64,000 nt of DNA from Elusimicrobiota bacterium (lineage in GTDB: Bacteria; Elusimicrobiota; Elusimicrobia; UBA1565; UBA9628): positions 299,627 to 363,626 of the forward strand of contig JACRDT010000007.1 in assembly GCA_016212795.1 (NCBI GenBank), written 5' to 3'. The translations under genes and the position numbers were made by a program. Shown here in pieces: positions 34,541-43,764 of this stretch (position 1 is the stretch's first letter; every line of letters begins with the position of its first letter). Below the pieces are notes generated by a model that searched no databases, was not told where the DNA came from, and saw nothing but the letters and a program-made list of their open reading frames with translations.

Positions 34541-35556
34541 CAGGACCCCGGCGCTGCGGCCTTGCGGTTGCGCCGCGCTCCCCCGGCCGGCTGGGTCTGC
34601 CCCGGCTGGGCGCCGCCCGGCCGCCTGCCCAAGGAGAGGAGGCTGGTCGCGGGACCGGCCTGCGGGGAGTAGCGCTTCGACTGGAGGAAGACCTGGTCCC
34701 CGGGCTTGAGGCCCGCGAGGATCTCGGTCATCTCCCCGCTCTCGATGCCGACCTTGACGGCCTGGCGGGAGGGCTTGCCGTCCGGGCCCGGGACCAGCAC
34801 GGTCTTCTCCCCGTCGCGGTTCTCCTTGATGGCGCTGGTGGCGAGGAGCACGGCGCCGGCCTTCCGGCGGAGGATGAGCTTGATGTTGGCCGTCATCTGG
34901 GACCTGAAGTTCGCCGGGACCCGGTCCGGCGAGATCTTCACCATGTAAGTGATGACGTTGGAGACGTTCTTGCCCTCGAAGAGTACGCGGAAGACCTTGC
35001 CGCCGACCGTCTTGTCCGGGAAGGAGTCCAGGGTGATGTCCGCGGGCATCCCGTTCTTGACGCGGCCGATGTCCGCCTCGTCGACGGAGGCGGAGACGAT
35101 GAGCCGGTCCGAGACCGCGTAGATGATGGCGCTGGACCCCACCTGCTCGCCCACGACCACGTTGCGCAGGATCACGTCCCCGGCGATGGGCGCCACGATG
35201 GGGGTGGGCTTGTAGGCGTCCTGCCAGCGGGCGAACTCGTCTTTGCCCTTGGCCTGGGCCGCGTCGAGGACCGCGACGCGGTCCGTCGAGCTCATCCAGC
35301 CCACGATCTGGCCGGCCGCGACCTTGTCCCCCTCCTCGACGAGGAGCTGGTCGATCCTGCCGGCGATGGGCGAGCGGACCTCCACGCGGTTGAGCGGCTC
35401 GACCGCGCCGGTGGCCTCCACGGCCTCGACGATGGGGCCGCTCTCCACCGCGACCGTGCGGAGCTGGTCCCTGCCGTTGAGCTTCTTGCGCTGGAAGACG
35501 AAGACCGCGCTCCCCGCGGCCGCGATCAGGATGAAGGCGATGACCTTGGTTCTCAC
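34540..35556 (-). CDS. macA: efflux adaptor (MacA/HlyD-family periplasmic subunit)
   Basis: Trimmed to GTG 35556 (GGAGG 5 nt upstream; GTGA overlap with the TolC-like stop). N-terminal TM VIAFILIAAAGSAVFVF. The lipoyl/barrel-like motifs VRSPIAGRIDQLLVEEGDKVAAGQIV are typical of HlyD-family adaptors. Confidence 0.85.
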   Translation of the reverse strand: MRTKVIAFILIAAAGSAVFVFQRKKLNGRDQLRTVAVESGPIVEAVEATGAVEPLNRVEVRSPIAGRIDQLLVEEGDKVAAGQIVGWMSSTDRVAVLDAAQAKGKDEFARWQDAYKPTPIVAPIAGDVILRNVVVGEQVGSSAIIYAVSDRLIVSASVDEADIGRVKNGMPADITLDSFPDKTVGGKVFRVLFEGKNVSNVITYMVKISPDRVPANFRSQMTANIKLILRRKAGAVLLATSAIKENRDGEKTVLVPGPDGKPSRQAVKVGIESGEMTEILAGLKPGDQVFLQSKRYSPQAGPATSLLSLGRRPGGAQPGQTQPAGGARRNRKAAAPGS

Positions 35557-36800
35557 TGTTCCTCCAGGGCTCTGCCGAGGGCTTCGTCCCAAGCCGCCCG
35601 GGCGGCCAGGGCGTCCCGGAGCGCGCGGATGTAGCTCTTCTCGGATTGGACGAACTCCGAGACCACGGTCGACCAGTTCTCGAAGTTCATGAGGCCCGAG
35701 GCGTAGCGCACCCCGGCCTCGTCGTTGCGCTGGCGGGACGCCTCGAGGGATTCGGCGCCCACGGCCACGTCCGAGGCGGCCGTGGCGACGCCGGCCCAGG
35801 CCGTCTCGAGGGCCGAGCGCAGGGAGGCCTGGCCGGAGCGGTAGTCCTCCTCCGCCTTGGCAAGGGTCTTGGCGGCCTTGGAGATGCCGTAGTAGACGGC
35901 GGTGGGGCCGCCCGAGAAGAGCTTGTAGCTCACGGACCCGTTGGCGCTCCAATGGGGCTGGTCCGGGAACCAGTCGGTGTTCTGCCAGGACTGGGAGACG
36001 CTCGCGCTGAGCGTGGGCCAGAGGCTCGCCTTCGCGGACGCCACCGAGGCCTTGGCGCCCGTGATGGAGTATTGGAGGACCGCCAGTTGGGGGTGCGCCT
36101 TCAGGAGGTCGGGCGTCGGCTCGGCCGGGACCTCCGGCACGGGCCAGGTCCCGGTCGCGACGGTCGCGGCGTATTCGTCGCGGCCCAGCAGCTTGTTGAG
36201 GGCGATGCGGGCGGTCCGGACGTCCCGCCGCGCCGCTTGGGCGTCGGCCTTGGCCGACGACAGGTCGGCCTTGGACCTGAGCATGTTCCCCTTGGATTCC
36301 CGCCCCGAGTCGTACTTGAGCGTCACCAGGTCCGCGTTGGCCTGACGCATGGCCTGGATGCGGTCCGCCACGGCCACGGCGTCCTGGGCGTAGAGGAGCT
36401 GGGCGAATGCTTTGCGCAGGCTCGCCCGGACGCCGGCGGACTTGAGCTTCAGCGAGGCTTCGGCCGAACGGGCCGACGCGGAGGCCGAGCGGATGGAGGC
36501 GTAGGTCCCCATGTTGAAGAGGTCCAGGCCCATCGAGCCCGAGGCGGACCAGGATTCCTTGGCGCTCGAGTCGGAGTCGGAGACGCCGTGGGAGAGCGAG
36601 AGGCTGGGCATGAGCGAGCTGAAGGTCCCCTTGTAGCCGGCCCGGGCGGCTTCGAAGGACAGGCGGGAGGAGGCCAGGTCAGGGTTGTGCCGCAGGGCGA
36701 GGGAGACGCACTCCTCCCAGCGCATGGGAGGCTCCGAGGACCCGGCCGACGGGACCGCGAGCGCGGCCGCGATGATGGCCGTCTGAAGCGTTCTCTTCAT
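35553..36800 (-). CDS. TolC-family outer-membrane efflux protein
   Basis: Trimmed to ATG 36800 (MKRTLQTAIIAAALAVPSAGS signal; ATGA overlap with the upstream gene). Two repeats of the TolC-type helical pattern (NPDLASSRLSFEAARAGYK...; HPQLAVLQYSITGAKASV...). Confidence 0.85.
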   Translation of the reverse strand: MKRTLQTAIIAAALAVPSAGSSEPPMRWEECVSLALRHNPDLASSRLSFEAARAGYKGTFSSLMPSLSLSHGVSDSDSSAKESWSASGSMGLDLFNMGTYASIRSASASARSAEASLKLKSAGVRASLRKAFAQLLYAQDAVAVADRIQAMRQANADLVTLKYDSGRESKGNMLRSKADLSSAKADAQAARRDVRTARIALNKLLGRDEYAATVATGTWPVPEVPAEPTPDLLKAHPQLAVLQYSITGAKASVASAKASLWPTLSASVSQSWQNTDWFPDQPHWSANGSVSYKLFSGGPTAVYYGISKAAKTLAKAEEDYRSGQASLRSALETAWAGVATAASDVAVGAESLEASRQRNDEAGVRYASGLMNFENWSTVVSEFVQSEKSYIRALRDALAARAAWDEALGRALEEQ

Positions 36801-37372
36801 GGGGCCTTGGAGTGCCCGGTCCTGGCGTGCCCCAGGATGATGTCCCAGGAGGCTTCCGGGACCTTGATGAAGACGCCTTCCGCCTCGGCGAATGCCTTGC
36901 CCCGGCGGTCGACGATCTCGCCCGCGACCAGGACATGGGACTTCCCGGCGCGCCTGATGCGGGTCTCGACCGTCGCGACCGTGCCCAGCGGGACCATGCG
37001 CCGGTACCTCACCGAGAGCTTGGCGGTCATGACCACCAGGCCCGCGGCCCACGCCGCCGCGCCCAGGGCCTCGTCGAGCACGGCCGCCACGCTCCCGCCG
37101 TGCGCGTGGCCCGGCGGGCCTTCCGAGGCCGGGCCGAACCAGACCCTGGCGACGAGCGCGCCGTCCGCGGTCCGGCGGAAGTAGCGGAGCTTGAGCCTGT
37201 GGTCCGAGCCGTCGGAGGAGAGGAAGCCCCGCACCTCCGACAACTGCCAGAAAGGGTCGATCGGCTTCCAGCCGGTCCGTGGGGCCAGCGCCGGGGGGCC
37301 CCATACGTCCTTCGGACGTTTCCCCCGGCACGGCCGGGAGCGGAGACTTGCCGTCCGCGCGGGGGGTCTCAT
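36797..37372 (-). CDS. hotdog-fold thioesterase (PaaI-like)
   Basis: GPPGHAHGGSVAAVLDEALG and the following beta-strand pattern are typical of PaaI/4HBT thioesterases. Start ATG 37372 overlaps the upstream stop (ATGA). Confidence 0.6.
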   Translation of the reverse strand: MRPPARTASLRSRPCRGKRPKDVWGPPALAPRTGWKPIDPFWQLSEVRGFLSSDGSDHRLKLRYFRRTADGALVARVWFGPASEGPPGHAHGGSVAAVLDEALGAAAWAAGLVVMTAKLSVRYRRMVPLGTVATVETRIRRAGKSHVLVAGEIVDRRGKAFAEAEGVFIKVPEASWDIILGHARTGHSKAP

Positions 37373-37749
37373 CTCTTGGGGAACGCCGCGAGGACCGGCC
37401 AGGCCGCCGCCGAGTCCGGGTCGAGGCCGAGTCTCTTGAGGCCCTGCCTGGCCTGCGCCCGGTTTGGCCTGTAGCCCTGCCCGAGCAGCTGGAGCGGAGG
37501 CCTCGAGGAAGGCCAGGTATAGAGGAAGTACATGGTGACCGCCAGGACGAAGCCCGCCTCGTAGACGACCGTGACCATCAGGGAGTCGACTTTGAAGGCC
37601 TGGAGGAAGGCGAACATCAGCACGGCTCCGGAGGAGATCAGGCACAGCGAGAAAGGGTGGTAGGACGTCCCTTTCCAGTCCGGGAAAGCGAGCAGGAAGA
37701 GCACGAGCACCGCGACCCCGTAGGCGAGCAGTCTGACGAGCATTCCCAT
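37369..37749 (-). CDS. small integral membrane protein (3-4 TM)
   Basis: 126-aa ORF made almost entirely of hydrophobic helices, translationally coupled to the thioesterase gene. Confidence 0.55.
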   Translation of the reverse strand: MGMLVRLLAYGVAVLVLFLLAFPDWKGTSYHPFSLCLISSGAVLMFAFLQAFKVDSLMVTVVYEAGFVLAVTMYFLYTWPSSRPPLQLLGQGYRPNRAQARQGLKRLGLDPDSAAAWPVLAAFPKR

Positions 37750-37772
37750 GGTCGATGGCGGCTTATTGTACT

Positions 37773-38450
37773 TTATCTGCCGGACTTGAGGGACACGTGG
37801 ACTTTAAGGAAAGGCTCGTCGTAGCCGCCGGGCAAGGGAGGGAAGGGGCCCGCGTCCCGGGCCGCGCCCAGGGCCGCCAGGTCGAAGCTCGGATCGCCCG
37901 AGCTCTCCTCGATGCGCAGGTCCACGATGCCGCCGTTGGGCATGATGGAGAAGACCACGACGGCCAGGCTCTCCGCGGACGGCATCCGGGAGGACCACTG
38001 GTTCCACAGGGCGACCCGGACCTGGCTGATGTACCAGGGATAGGGGAAGTTGGGCAGGTCCGTGACGATGCCGCCGGACCCGGGCGCGCCGGAGATGGCC
38101 TGGCCGGATTCCACGGCGGCGGGCGCGGCCTCCGCGGGCTCCTCGGCGGGCTCGGGCTCGGCCCGCGGGGGAGGGGCGTCGGAGGCGAGGCTCGGCTTGG
38201 GGAGATGGACCCTCTTTTTGGACGGCACGACGAGGTCCTCGGACCGGGACGGCCGCGCCGCGGGGGCGGCGGCCGGCTTGGCCGCGGGCTCCTGGACCCG
38301 GCCGGCGACGGCCGACGGGCCGACGAAGTCGATCGTGTAGATGGGGCTCGACCGGTCCGCCCGCGCCCGCAGCAGCAGCATGGCCGCCAGGAGGAGGCCG
38401 GCGTGCGCGGCGAAGGAGTAGGTGAGGTAGGGGCGAAGGGTATCCGTCAA
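37773..38450 (-). CDS. TonB/TolA-like energy transducer
   Basis: TTG 38450 overlaps the ExbD-like stop (TTGA). N-terminal TM YSFAAHAGLLLAAMLLL, a Pro/Ala/Glu-rich linker, and a C-terminal TonB_C-like segment (PYPWYISQVRVALWNQW...IMPNGGIVDLRIEESSGDPSFDLAALGAAR). Confidence 0.65.
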   Translation of the reverse strand: MTDTLRPYLTYSFAAHAGLLLAAMLLLRARADRSSPIYTIDFVGPSAVAGRVQEPAAKPAAAPAARPSRSEDLVVPSKKRVHLPKPSLASDAPPPRAEPEPAEEPAEAAPAAVESGQAISGAPGSGGIVTDLPNFPYPWYISQVRVALWNQWSSRMPSAESLAVVVFSIMPNGGIVDLRIEESSGDPSFDLAALGAARDAGPFPPLPGGYDEPFLKVHVSLKSGR

Positions 38451-38857
38451 GGGGCCTCGGCCGTCACGCCGATGCCGAGCTTGGCCACGCCCAGCTTCTT
38501 GGAGATGTCCAGGACCGCCACGACCTTGTCGACGGCCACGCTCTTGTCGGCCTGGACCAGCACGGTCTTCTTGGCGGACTTGCCCAGCCGCAGCACCAGC
38601 TCCCGCTCGAGGCCGCCCCAGCGGACCGCGCTGCCGTCGATGGAGACGTTGCCCCGGCGGTCGATCTGGACGTTGACGGTGTCGGGGCTGGCCGAGGGGG
38701 CGCCGGTCTCGGCCTTGGGGAGCTTGACCGTGAGCTGGGAGTGGATGAGGATGGGGGTCAGCACCATGAAGATGATGACCAGGATGAGGGAGACGTCGAT
38801 GAGCGGGATGAGGTTCATCTCCACGATGGGCTTGCGCCCGGTCGCCTGGAACGTCAT
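38447..38857 (-). CDS. ExbD/TolR family protein
   Basis: EMNLIPLIDVSLILVIIFMV is the signature TM region, followed by a periplasmic domain (NVQIDRRGNVSIDG...VLVQADKSVAVDKVVAVLD). Confidence 0.9.
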   Translation of the reverse strand: MTFQATGRKPIVEMNLIPLIDVSLILVIIFMVLTPILIHSQLTVKLPKAETGAPSASPDTVNVQIDRRGNVSIDGSAVRWGGLERELVLRLGKSAKKTVLVQADKSVAVDKVVAVLDISKKLGVAKLGIGVTAEAP

Positions 38858-38912
38858 GGTGTTCGCCCGCTTGGCTCAACCATTCCCTCGCGATCGGCTG
38901 CGATCGCTTCGG

Positions 38913-39554
38913 TCATCTCGCGGATTTCTCGGAGAGCTTCTCGATGATCTCCTCGGCGATCCAGCCGAGCTCCTCGGCGAAGCGCGCCGAGCGGTGGTTG
39001 AAGTAGTTGTAGGCCGCGAGGGCGGGGATGGCCACGAAGATCCCGGCCGCGGTGCACACCAGGGCCTCGGAGATGCCGATGGCCACGACCCCCGGGCCCG
39101 CGCCCGCCGCGGAGGCCAGGTCCCTGAACGCGCGCATCACGCCCACCACGGTGCCAAAGAGCCCGATGAACGGCGCGACGCTCGCGATGGTGCCGAGGGC
39201 CGTCAGCCCCTTCTGGAGCTCGGCCAGCGCCCGCTCGATGGCCCGCTGGGTGGAGCGCTTGCGGTCCTCCCGGTCGGGCGACCCGGTGAGGCTCGCCATC
39301 ACGACGCCGGAGGCCAGCCCCTTGTGCCCCTTGCACAGGCCGACGGCGTCGGCGAGGCTGCCCTGCTGGATCATGGCTCTGAGCTTGTCGACGAGGCGCG
39401 CGAGGTCCCCCGCCGAGCGCTGGTAGGTCTTCCATCTTTCCCAGATCAGGGCCACGGAGTAGACCGACAGTCCGGCCAGCAAGGCCAGCGTGGGGCCGCC
39501 CGAGACGATGATGTCCTTGACGCCGACGCCGAACCCCGGACCTGGCGCTGCCAT
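38913..39554 (-). CDS. MotA/TolQ/ExbB proton-channel protein
   Basis: Three TM segments with the conserved C-terminal block LGTIASVAPFIGLFGTVVGVMRAF...ISEALVCTAAGIFVAIPA. Confidence 0.9.
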   Translation of the reverse strand: MAAPGPGFGVGVKDIIVSGGPTLALLAGLSVYSVALIWERWKTYQRSAGDLARLVDKLRAMIQQGSLADAVGLCKGHKGLASGVVMASLTGSPDREDRKRSTQRAIERALAELQKGLTALGTIASVAPFIGLFGTVVGVMRAFRDLASAAGAGPGVVAIGISEALVCTAAGIFVAIPALAAYNYFNHRSARFAEELGWIAEEIIEKLSEKSAR

Positions 39555-39595
39555 GACCGGATTATGTCAAATCCACGGGGTCGATTCAATGAAAC

Positions 39596-39687
39596 CACTC
39601 ACCTCCCCCGCGGCCTGGCCGAGTCCTACAGTCGGCCAGGGGTGAGTAGCCGAGGGGGTAGATGTCGTTTCATGGGAGAGGTGAGTC
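39596..39687 (-). promoter_or_regulatory. mini-ORF/hairpin element, copy C (15 codons, MKRHLPPRLLTPGRL; hairpin split by a nested 7-bp hairpin)
   Basis: ATG 39673-39671, TAG 39628-39626. The outer stem is ACTCACC/GGTGAGT (39641-39647 with 39597-39603). The inner hairpin is TGGCCGA...TCGGCCA. A second copy of the 5' arm (GACTCACCTCTCCC, 39674-39687) sits just upstream of the ATG. The 3' arm ends 41 nt before the TolQ-like ATG 39554. Confidence 0.55.
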
Positions 39688-39732
39688 GTTCCGTTGTCTT
39701 TGCTATCATTTCCCATGCGAGCCCCAAACGAC

Positions 39733-40107
39733 ATGCCCAAGAGAATCGTCGTGGTGGAGGACGACCCGCTGATCAGCGAGCTGGTCAAGGAGATCCTCGC
39801 CCCCCTTTACGAGGTCCACGTGGCCATGGACGGCGACTCGGGCCTCGAGGCGATCCGGCGGGTCGTGCCGGACTTGGCGGTCGTCGACATCAAGCTGCCC
39901 AGGATGCACGGCTTCGAGCTCTGCCAGGTCGTCCGGGGCGATGCGCGCCTCAAGGGCGTCAGGATACTGATCGTCTCGGCCAAGTCGTACCTGAGCGACA
40001 TCAAGACCGCCGCCGAGGTCGGGGTGAACGGCTACCTCGTCAAGCCTTTCGAGCCCAAGGACCTGCGCGAGAAGGTCAGAGAGATCCTCGGAGCGCCGGT
40101 CGGATGA
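39733..40107 (+). CDS. single-domain response regulator (CheY-like receiver)
   Basis: IVVVEDDPLISE (acidic pocket), LAVVDIKLP (phospho-acceptor Asp), ILIVSAK, GYLVKPF. ATG 39733 preferred; 39715 and 39694 are possible. Confidence 0.85.
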   Translation: MPKRIVVVEDDPLISELVKEILAPLYEVHVAMDGDSGLEAIRRVVPDLAVVDIKLPRMHGFELCQVVRGDARLKGVRILIVSAKSYLSDIKTAAEVGVNGYLVKPFEPKDLREKVREILGAPVG

Positions 40108-41012
40108 CGGCCTGGGCCGCCGCGCTCCTGCTCGCGGCGGGGGCCTCGGCCGGGGCGCCGCCCTCGTCCCGGGAGCCTCCGCCGCGGTTCTATGGGATGA
40201 CCGAGGGGCAGATCGCGTCCGCGCTGCGCAAGATCCACCGCGACCACACCGGCTTGGCTTCCCGCGTCGAGGCGGTCAGCGCCTCCTTCCTGGGGACGCC
40301 CTACAAGCTCGGTCCCCTGGGCGAGGGCGAGGACGGCGAGTTCGACCGGGACCCCCTCTACAGCTTCGCGCAGGCCGATTGCGTGACCTTCGTGGAGCAG
40401 GTGATGGCGCTGTCCCTGGAGCCCGAGCTCGCCGAGGCCCTGTCCGGCGTCCTCCAGAAGATCCGCTATCGCGACGGCAAGGTCGGCTACGCCACCCGCA
40501 ACCATTTCACCGAGGTCGACTGGCTCCCGGCCAACGCAGCCGCCGGGTTCGTCGCCGACATCACGGCCGGGGTCGCGGGCGACAAGGTCAAGCGCGCCGC
40601 CAAGACCATCTCCAAGCGCGAGTGGTACGCCCGCAAGACGCTCGACGACCTCCAGGGCTTCGACGGGGCTCCCCAGGCCGAGCGGGAAAGGCGGCTCAAG
40701 GCCCTGCAGTCCCTGGGCTCGGGCCTGGCCGACGAGGACGCCTCGGTCCCGTATGTCCCGATCGAGTCCCTCCCCGAGCTGCTGCCCAAGATCCCCTCCG
40801 GCGCCATCGCCAGCCTCGTGCGCGAGGACAAGCCGGACAAGCCCGTGCTCATCTCCCATCAGGCGCTCCTCATCGACAAGGGGGGCGTCAAGTTCGTCCG
40901 CCACGCCGCCGCCGGCCGCCAGGTCGAGGACGTGCCCGCCCTCGAGTACTTCTACAAATACTTCAACGCCTCCTGGCGCCTCTTGGGGCTGAACCTCGGC
41001 CGGATCCGCTGA
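40104..41012 (+). CDS. DUF1460-like (amidase-like) secreted protein
   Basis: This is the last 302 codons of the 1085-aa run-on ORF. ATG 40104 overlaps the receiver gene stop (ATGA). Signal peptide MTAWAAALLLAAGASAGA. FLGTPYKLGPLGEG...DCVTFVEQV resembles DUF1460 (from memory). Confidence 0.55.
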   Translation: MTAWAAALLLAAGASAGAPPSSREPPPRFYGMTEGQIASALRKIHRDHTGLASRVEAVSASFLGTPYKLGPLGEGEDGEFDRDPLYSFAQADCVTFVEQVMALSLEPELAEALSGVLQKIRYRDGKVGYATRNHFTEVDWLPANAAAGFVADITAGVAGDKVKRAAKTISKREWYARKTLDDLQGFDGAPQAERERRLKALQSLGSGLADEDASVPYVPIESLPELLPKIPSGAIASLVREDKPDKPVLISHQALLIDKGGVKFVRHAAAGRQVEDVPALEYFYKYFNASWRLLGLNLGRIR

Positions 41013-41015
41013 CGT

Positions 41016-42506
41016 TCATTTGAACGCGACCTTCCGCAGGGTGGGAGCATCGGAGGTGAAGAAGACGTCCTCGTAGGCGCCCTTGGACCCGTCCTGCCGG
41101 ACGAAGAACGCGCCTTCGCGCTTCACCACGTCGTTGCCCTGGCCGTCGAAGTCCTTGGTCAGCCGGGACGGGCTGCCGGACAGGACGATCTCTCGGACGC
41201 CGGCTTGCGCCAGCAAGACGGTCTTGTTGAAGAGCCCGCCGATCCGCATCCCCAGGCCGTAGACGCGGCCCAGGTCCGCGAGGTCCTCCCGGCTCAATCG
41301 GTCCGGCTGGGCCGCGCCCGAGGGCAGCACGCCCTGGCGCCGGGCCTTGGCCGCCAGGGCCGCGAGCGCCTCGAAACCGTCCGCGTAGCCGTCCGGCTTG
41401 CCGTCTCCGTCGAGGTCGGTCACGTCCCCGAAGAGCTCGCGGCCGGTCGCGCCGGCGAGGCCGTCGCCGTTGCCGTCGAAGACCAGCACGCCGGCGTCGG
41501 AGGCGATGTCGTGGACCTCCTCGAGCCGGCCGTCGCCGGAGAGGTCGTAGCGGACCACCCGGTCGCTGGATCTCACGCCGCTGCCCTTGAGGTCGAAGAC
41601 GAGCGGGGAGGACCTGAGCGTCATCCGGGTCCCGGTTGGCGTCTCCATCAGCAGCAGGTTGCGTTCGCCCAGGGGCTTGGATTGGTCGTAGGAGAGCTGC
41701 GTGACCTTCGTCCCGTCCTCCGTCTTGAAGAAGAAACGGCCGGCGGAGTCGCGGCCGCAGCCGCCGCCCAACGCGCACGTCCACGCCGCGCGGCTGAGGT
41801 CGGTGTGGGTCGTGCCCCAGCCGTCGTCGTCGGCCGCGGCGGCCTTGCCGCTGTTCTTGGCGGGGGCGCTCTTGGCGGGCGAGGTCCCCCCTCCCGCCCA
41901 TGCCAGCAGGGTGGCGCCCCGGACGGCCCTGTCCGGGGTCAGGCGCATCGTGCGCAAGCCGTCGGCGACCGGGCCGGTCCGGTAGAAATCCGCGGCGGAC
42001 TCGAGCCGCGCTAGGGCCGGCCGGAAGGGCGAGCGTTCCACCATGAGCGGCCGGCCGGTTTCCTCCTCCGGCCGTGCCGGGGGTTGCGCCCGAAGGGCGT
42101 AGGGGGTCTCCCGGCGCGGCCGGCCGGTTTCCTCTTCCGGCCGTGCCGGAACGGCGGGCCCCTCGAGCGCGAACATCATCGGGACGAGCGGGTCGGCGCC
42201 GGCCGCCGCCGTCTCGGTGTCCGCGGCGGCGGGCCAGAGGTCCTCGGTCTGCGCCGCTGCGGATGCCCGGGAGACGGGCGGGGCGGGGGCGGCGTCGCCC
42301 GCGGCCGCGGGCCCGGGGCTCTCTCGATGGAAAGACCATGCCACCGCGGCCGCCACGATCCCGGGCAGGACGAGCAGGAAGGGATGGCCGGCGCGCGGCT
42401 CCGGCTTCGCGGCCCGGGGGCCCGCCGCTCCCGACCGGCTGAACTCCGGCATCGGCGTGTACGCCTCGACCGGCCCGTGCTCGCGCGGCTCGCTGGACTG
42501 GATCAT
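41016..42506 (-). CDS. membrane-anchored hypothetical protein with Asp-rich Ca-binding-like loops
   Basis: ATG 42506. TM is FLLVLPGIVAAAVAW. Internal 23-aa duplication (ARPEEETGRP x2). DLSGDGRLE, DGNGDGLAG and DLDGDGKPDG loops. No family assigned. Confidence 0.6.
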   Translation of the reverse strand: MIQSSEPREHGPVEAYTPMPEFSRSGAAGPRAAKPEPRAGHPFLLVLPGIVAAAVAWSFHRESPGPAAAGDAAPAPPVSRASAAAQTEDLWPAAADTETAAAGADPLVPMMFALEGPAVPARPEEETGRPRRETPYALRAQPPARPEEETGRPLMVERSPFRPALARLESAADFYRTGPVADGLRTMRLTPDRAVRGATLLAWAGGGTSPAKSAPAKNSGKAAAADDDGWGTTHTDLSRAAWTCALGGGCGRDSAGRFFFKTEDGTKVTQLSYDQSKPLGERNLLLMETPTGTRMTLRSSPLVFDLKGSGVRSSDRVVRYDLSGDGRLEEVHDIASDAGVLVFDGNGDGLAGATGRELFGDVTDLDGDGKPDGYADGFEALAALAAKARRQGVLPSGAAQPDRLSREDLADLGRVYGLGMRIGGLFNKTVLLAQAGVREIVLSGSPSRLTKDFDGQGNDVVKREGAFFVRQDGSKGAYEDVFFTSDAPTLRKVAFK

Positions 42507-42628
42507 GATCGCTCCCGTCGGCCGGCGGCCGGGACGAGCCGCCTTGCTACAAGTCTAGACCCGGGAGCGGGCGATATCCACCGTCGTTCGGCAAAATCTC
42601 GGAAAAAGAAGGGTAACCCGCGGCGAGG

Positions 42629-43702
42629 TCACGTCCCCGAGACGGCCCTGAGCGCCTTGTCGGCGGACTCGCGCACGCTCGGGGAGGGGTCGCGGACCGC
42701 GGCGGCGAGGAGCGCCGACCAGCGTCGGGCCGCCGGGCCGAGCGCGCCGAGGGCGAGGACGGCGTGGCGGCGGACGTGCTCGTTCGGGTCGTCGAGCGCG
42801 GCGGCGAGGGCTTCGTCGGCGGCCGAGGCGGCGGGCCCCATGCACGCGAGGGTCTCGGCCGCGCCGGCGCGCAGGCGCCAGTCGGGGTTGCGCAGGACGG
42901 CGGCGAGGCGCCCGGCCGCCGGGCCGGCGGCGGGTCCCAGGGAGCGAAGGGCGAAGAGGGGCGGCCATAGGCGGTCGTGGTCGAGCGAGGGGTCGATGCC
43001 CTCCGCGAGCGCGCGCAAGGCGCCCGGGCCGGCCGCGGCCAGCGCGCAGGCGGCGTTCAACCTCACCCCGAACCCGGGGTCCTCGCGGAAGGCGCGGGCC
43101 AGGGCGTCGAAGGCCGCCGCCGCCTCGGCGCCCGAGGCTTGGAGCCTTGCCGCGGCCGCGCAGCGCACGCCGTACTGGACGCCCTTGTCGTCGCGCTCGT
43201 AGGAGAGGGCGTCGGCCAGCGCCTGGGCTTTGGGGGCGCCGCGGCCGAGGAGGTCGTCCAGGACGGCTTCCACCGCCCAGCCGGTCGTGCAGCGGTGGCG
43301 TCCCATCCCGACCGTGTCGAACGCGTCTCGCCCCCCGGACTCGCGCACGCCGAAGCGGGCCAGGGCGTCGTTGATGCTGATCTTCAGGGCGCGCGGCTCG
43401 CCGTCAGCCCAGTAATCGCAGGACTGCCTGCCTTCGCCGCCGAAGTAGGAGGCCGTCGCATGGGCGAGAGGGCCCTGGCGCGAGGCGTGCCGGCACCAGC
43501 CCGGGACCGCTTCGGTCATCGGCGCGGCCTCGGAGCCCTTCCAGCGGCGCAGTTGGTCGGCCAGTTCGTCGGTGAGCGGGACCAGACCGAGCTCGCCGAA
43601 GAGCGACGCGGCCAGGGAGGAGGGTAGCTCCGCGGTCCAGCGGAGCAGGTCGACGCGTCTCCCTAGGAAGGCCTCGATCTCGTAGGACACGGGTATCCCC
43701 AA
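42629..43702 (-). CDS. HEAT-repeat protein
   Basis: The C-terminal half has repeated ..VR..AA.AL..LGP.A......L...L.D....VR pattern (e.g. DPNEHVRRHAVLALGALGPAA, DPSPSVRESADKALRAV). The listed start is TTG, so the start is uncertain. Confidence 0.6.
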   Translation of the reverse strand: MGIPVSYEIEAFLGRRVDLLRWTAELPSSLAASLFGELGLVPLTDELADQLRRWKGSEAAPMTEAVPGWCRHASRQGPLAHATASYFGGEGRQSCDYWADGEPRALKISINDALARFGVRESGGRDAFDTVGMGRHRCTTGWAVEAVLDDLLGRGAPKAQALADALSYERDDKGVQYGVRCAAAARLQASGAEAAAAFDALARAFREDPGFGVRLNAACALAAAGPGALRALAEGIDPSLDHDRLWPPLFALRSLGPAAGPAAGRLAAVLRNPDWRLRAGAAETLACMGPAASAADEALAAALDDPNEHVRRHAVLALGALGPAARRWSALLAAAVRDPSPSVRESADKALRAVSGT

Positions 43703-43764
43703 TTGATTCTAGCATGCCGGAGGCGCCCGCGACAGGTCCGCCGCTCCGCTGTCCCGAAGGGGGC

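Noticed and set aside
37755-40103. First ~780 codons of the 1085-aa ORF 37755..41012
   Set aside because: It runs antisense through the TonB-like, ExbD and ExbB genes and out of frame through the receiver gene. Only the last 302 codons, from ATG 40104 with a signal peptide, look like a real protein.
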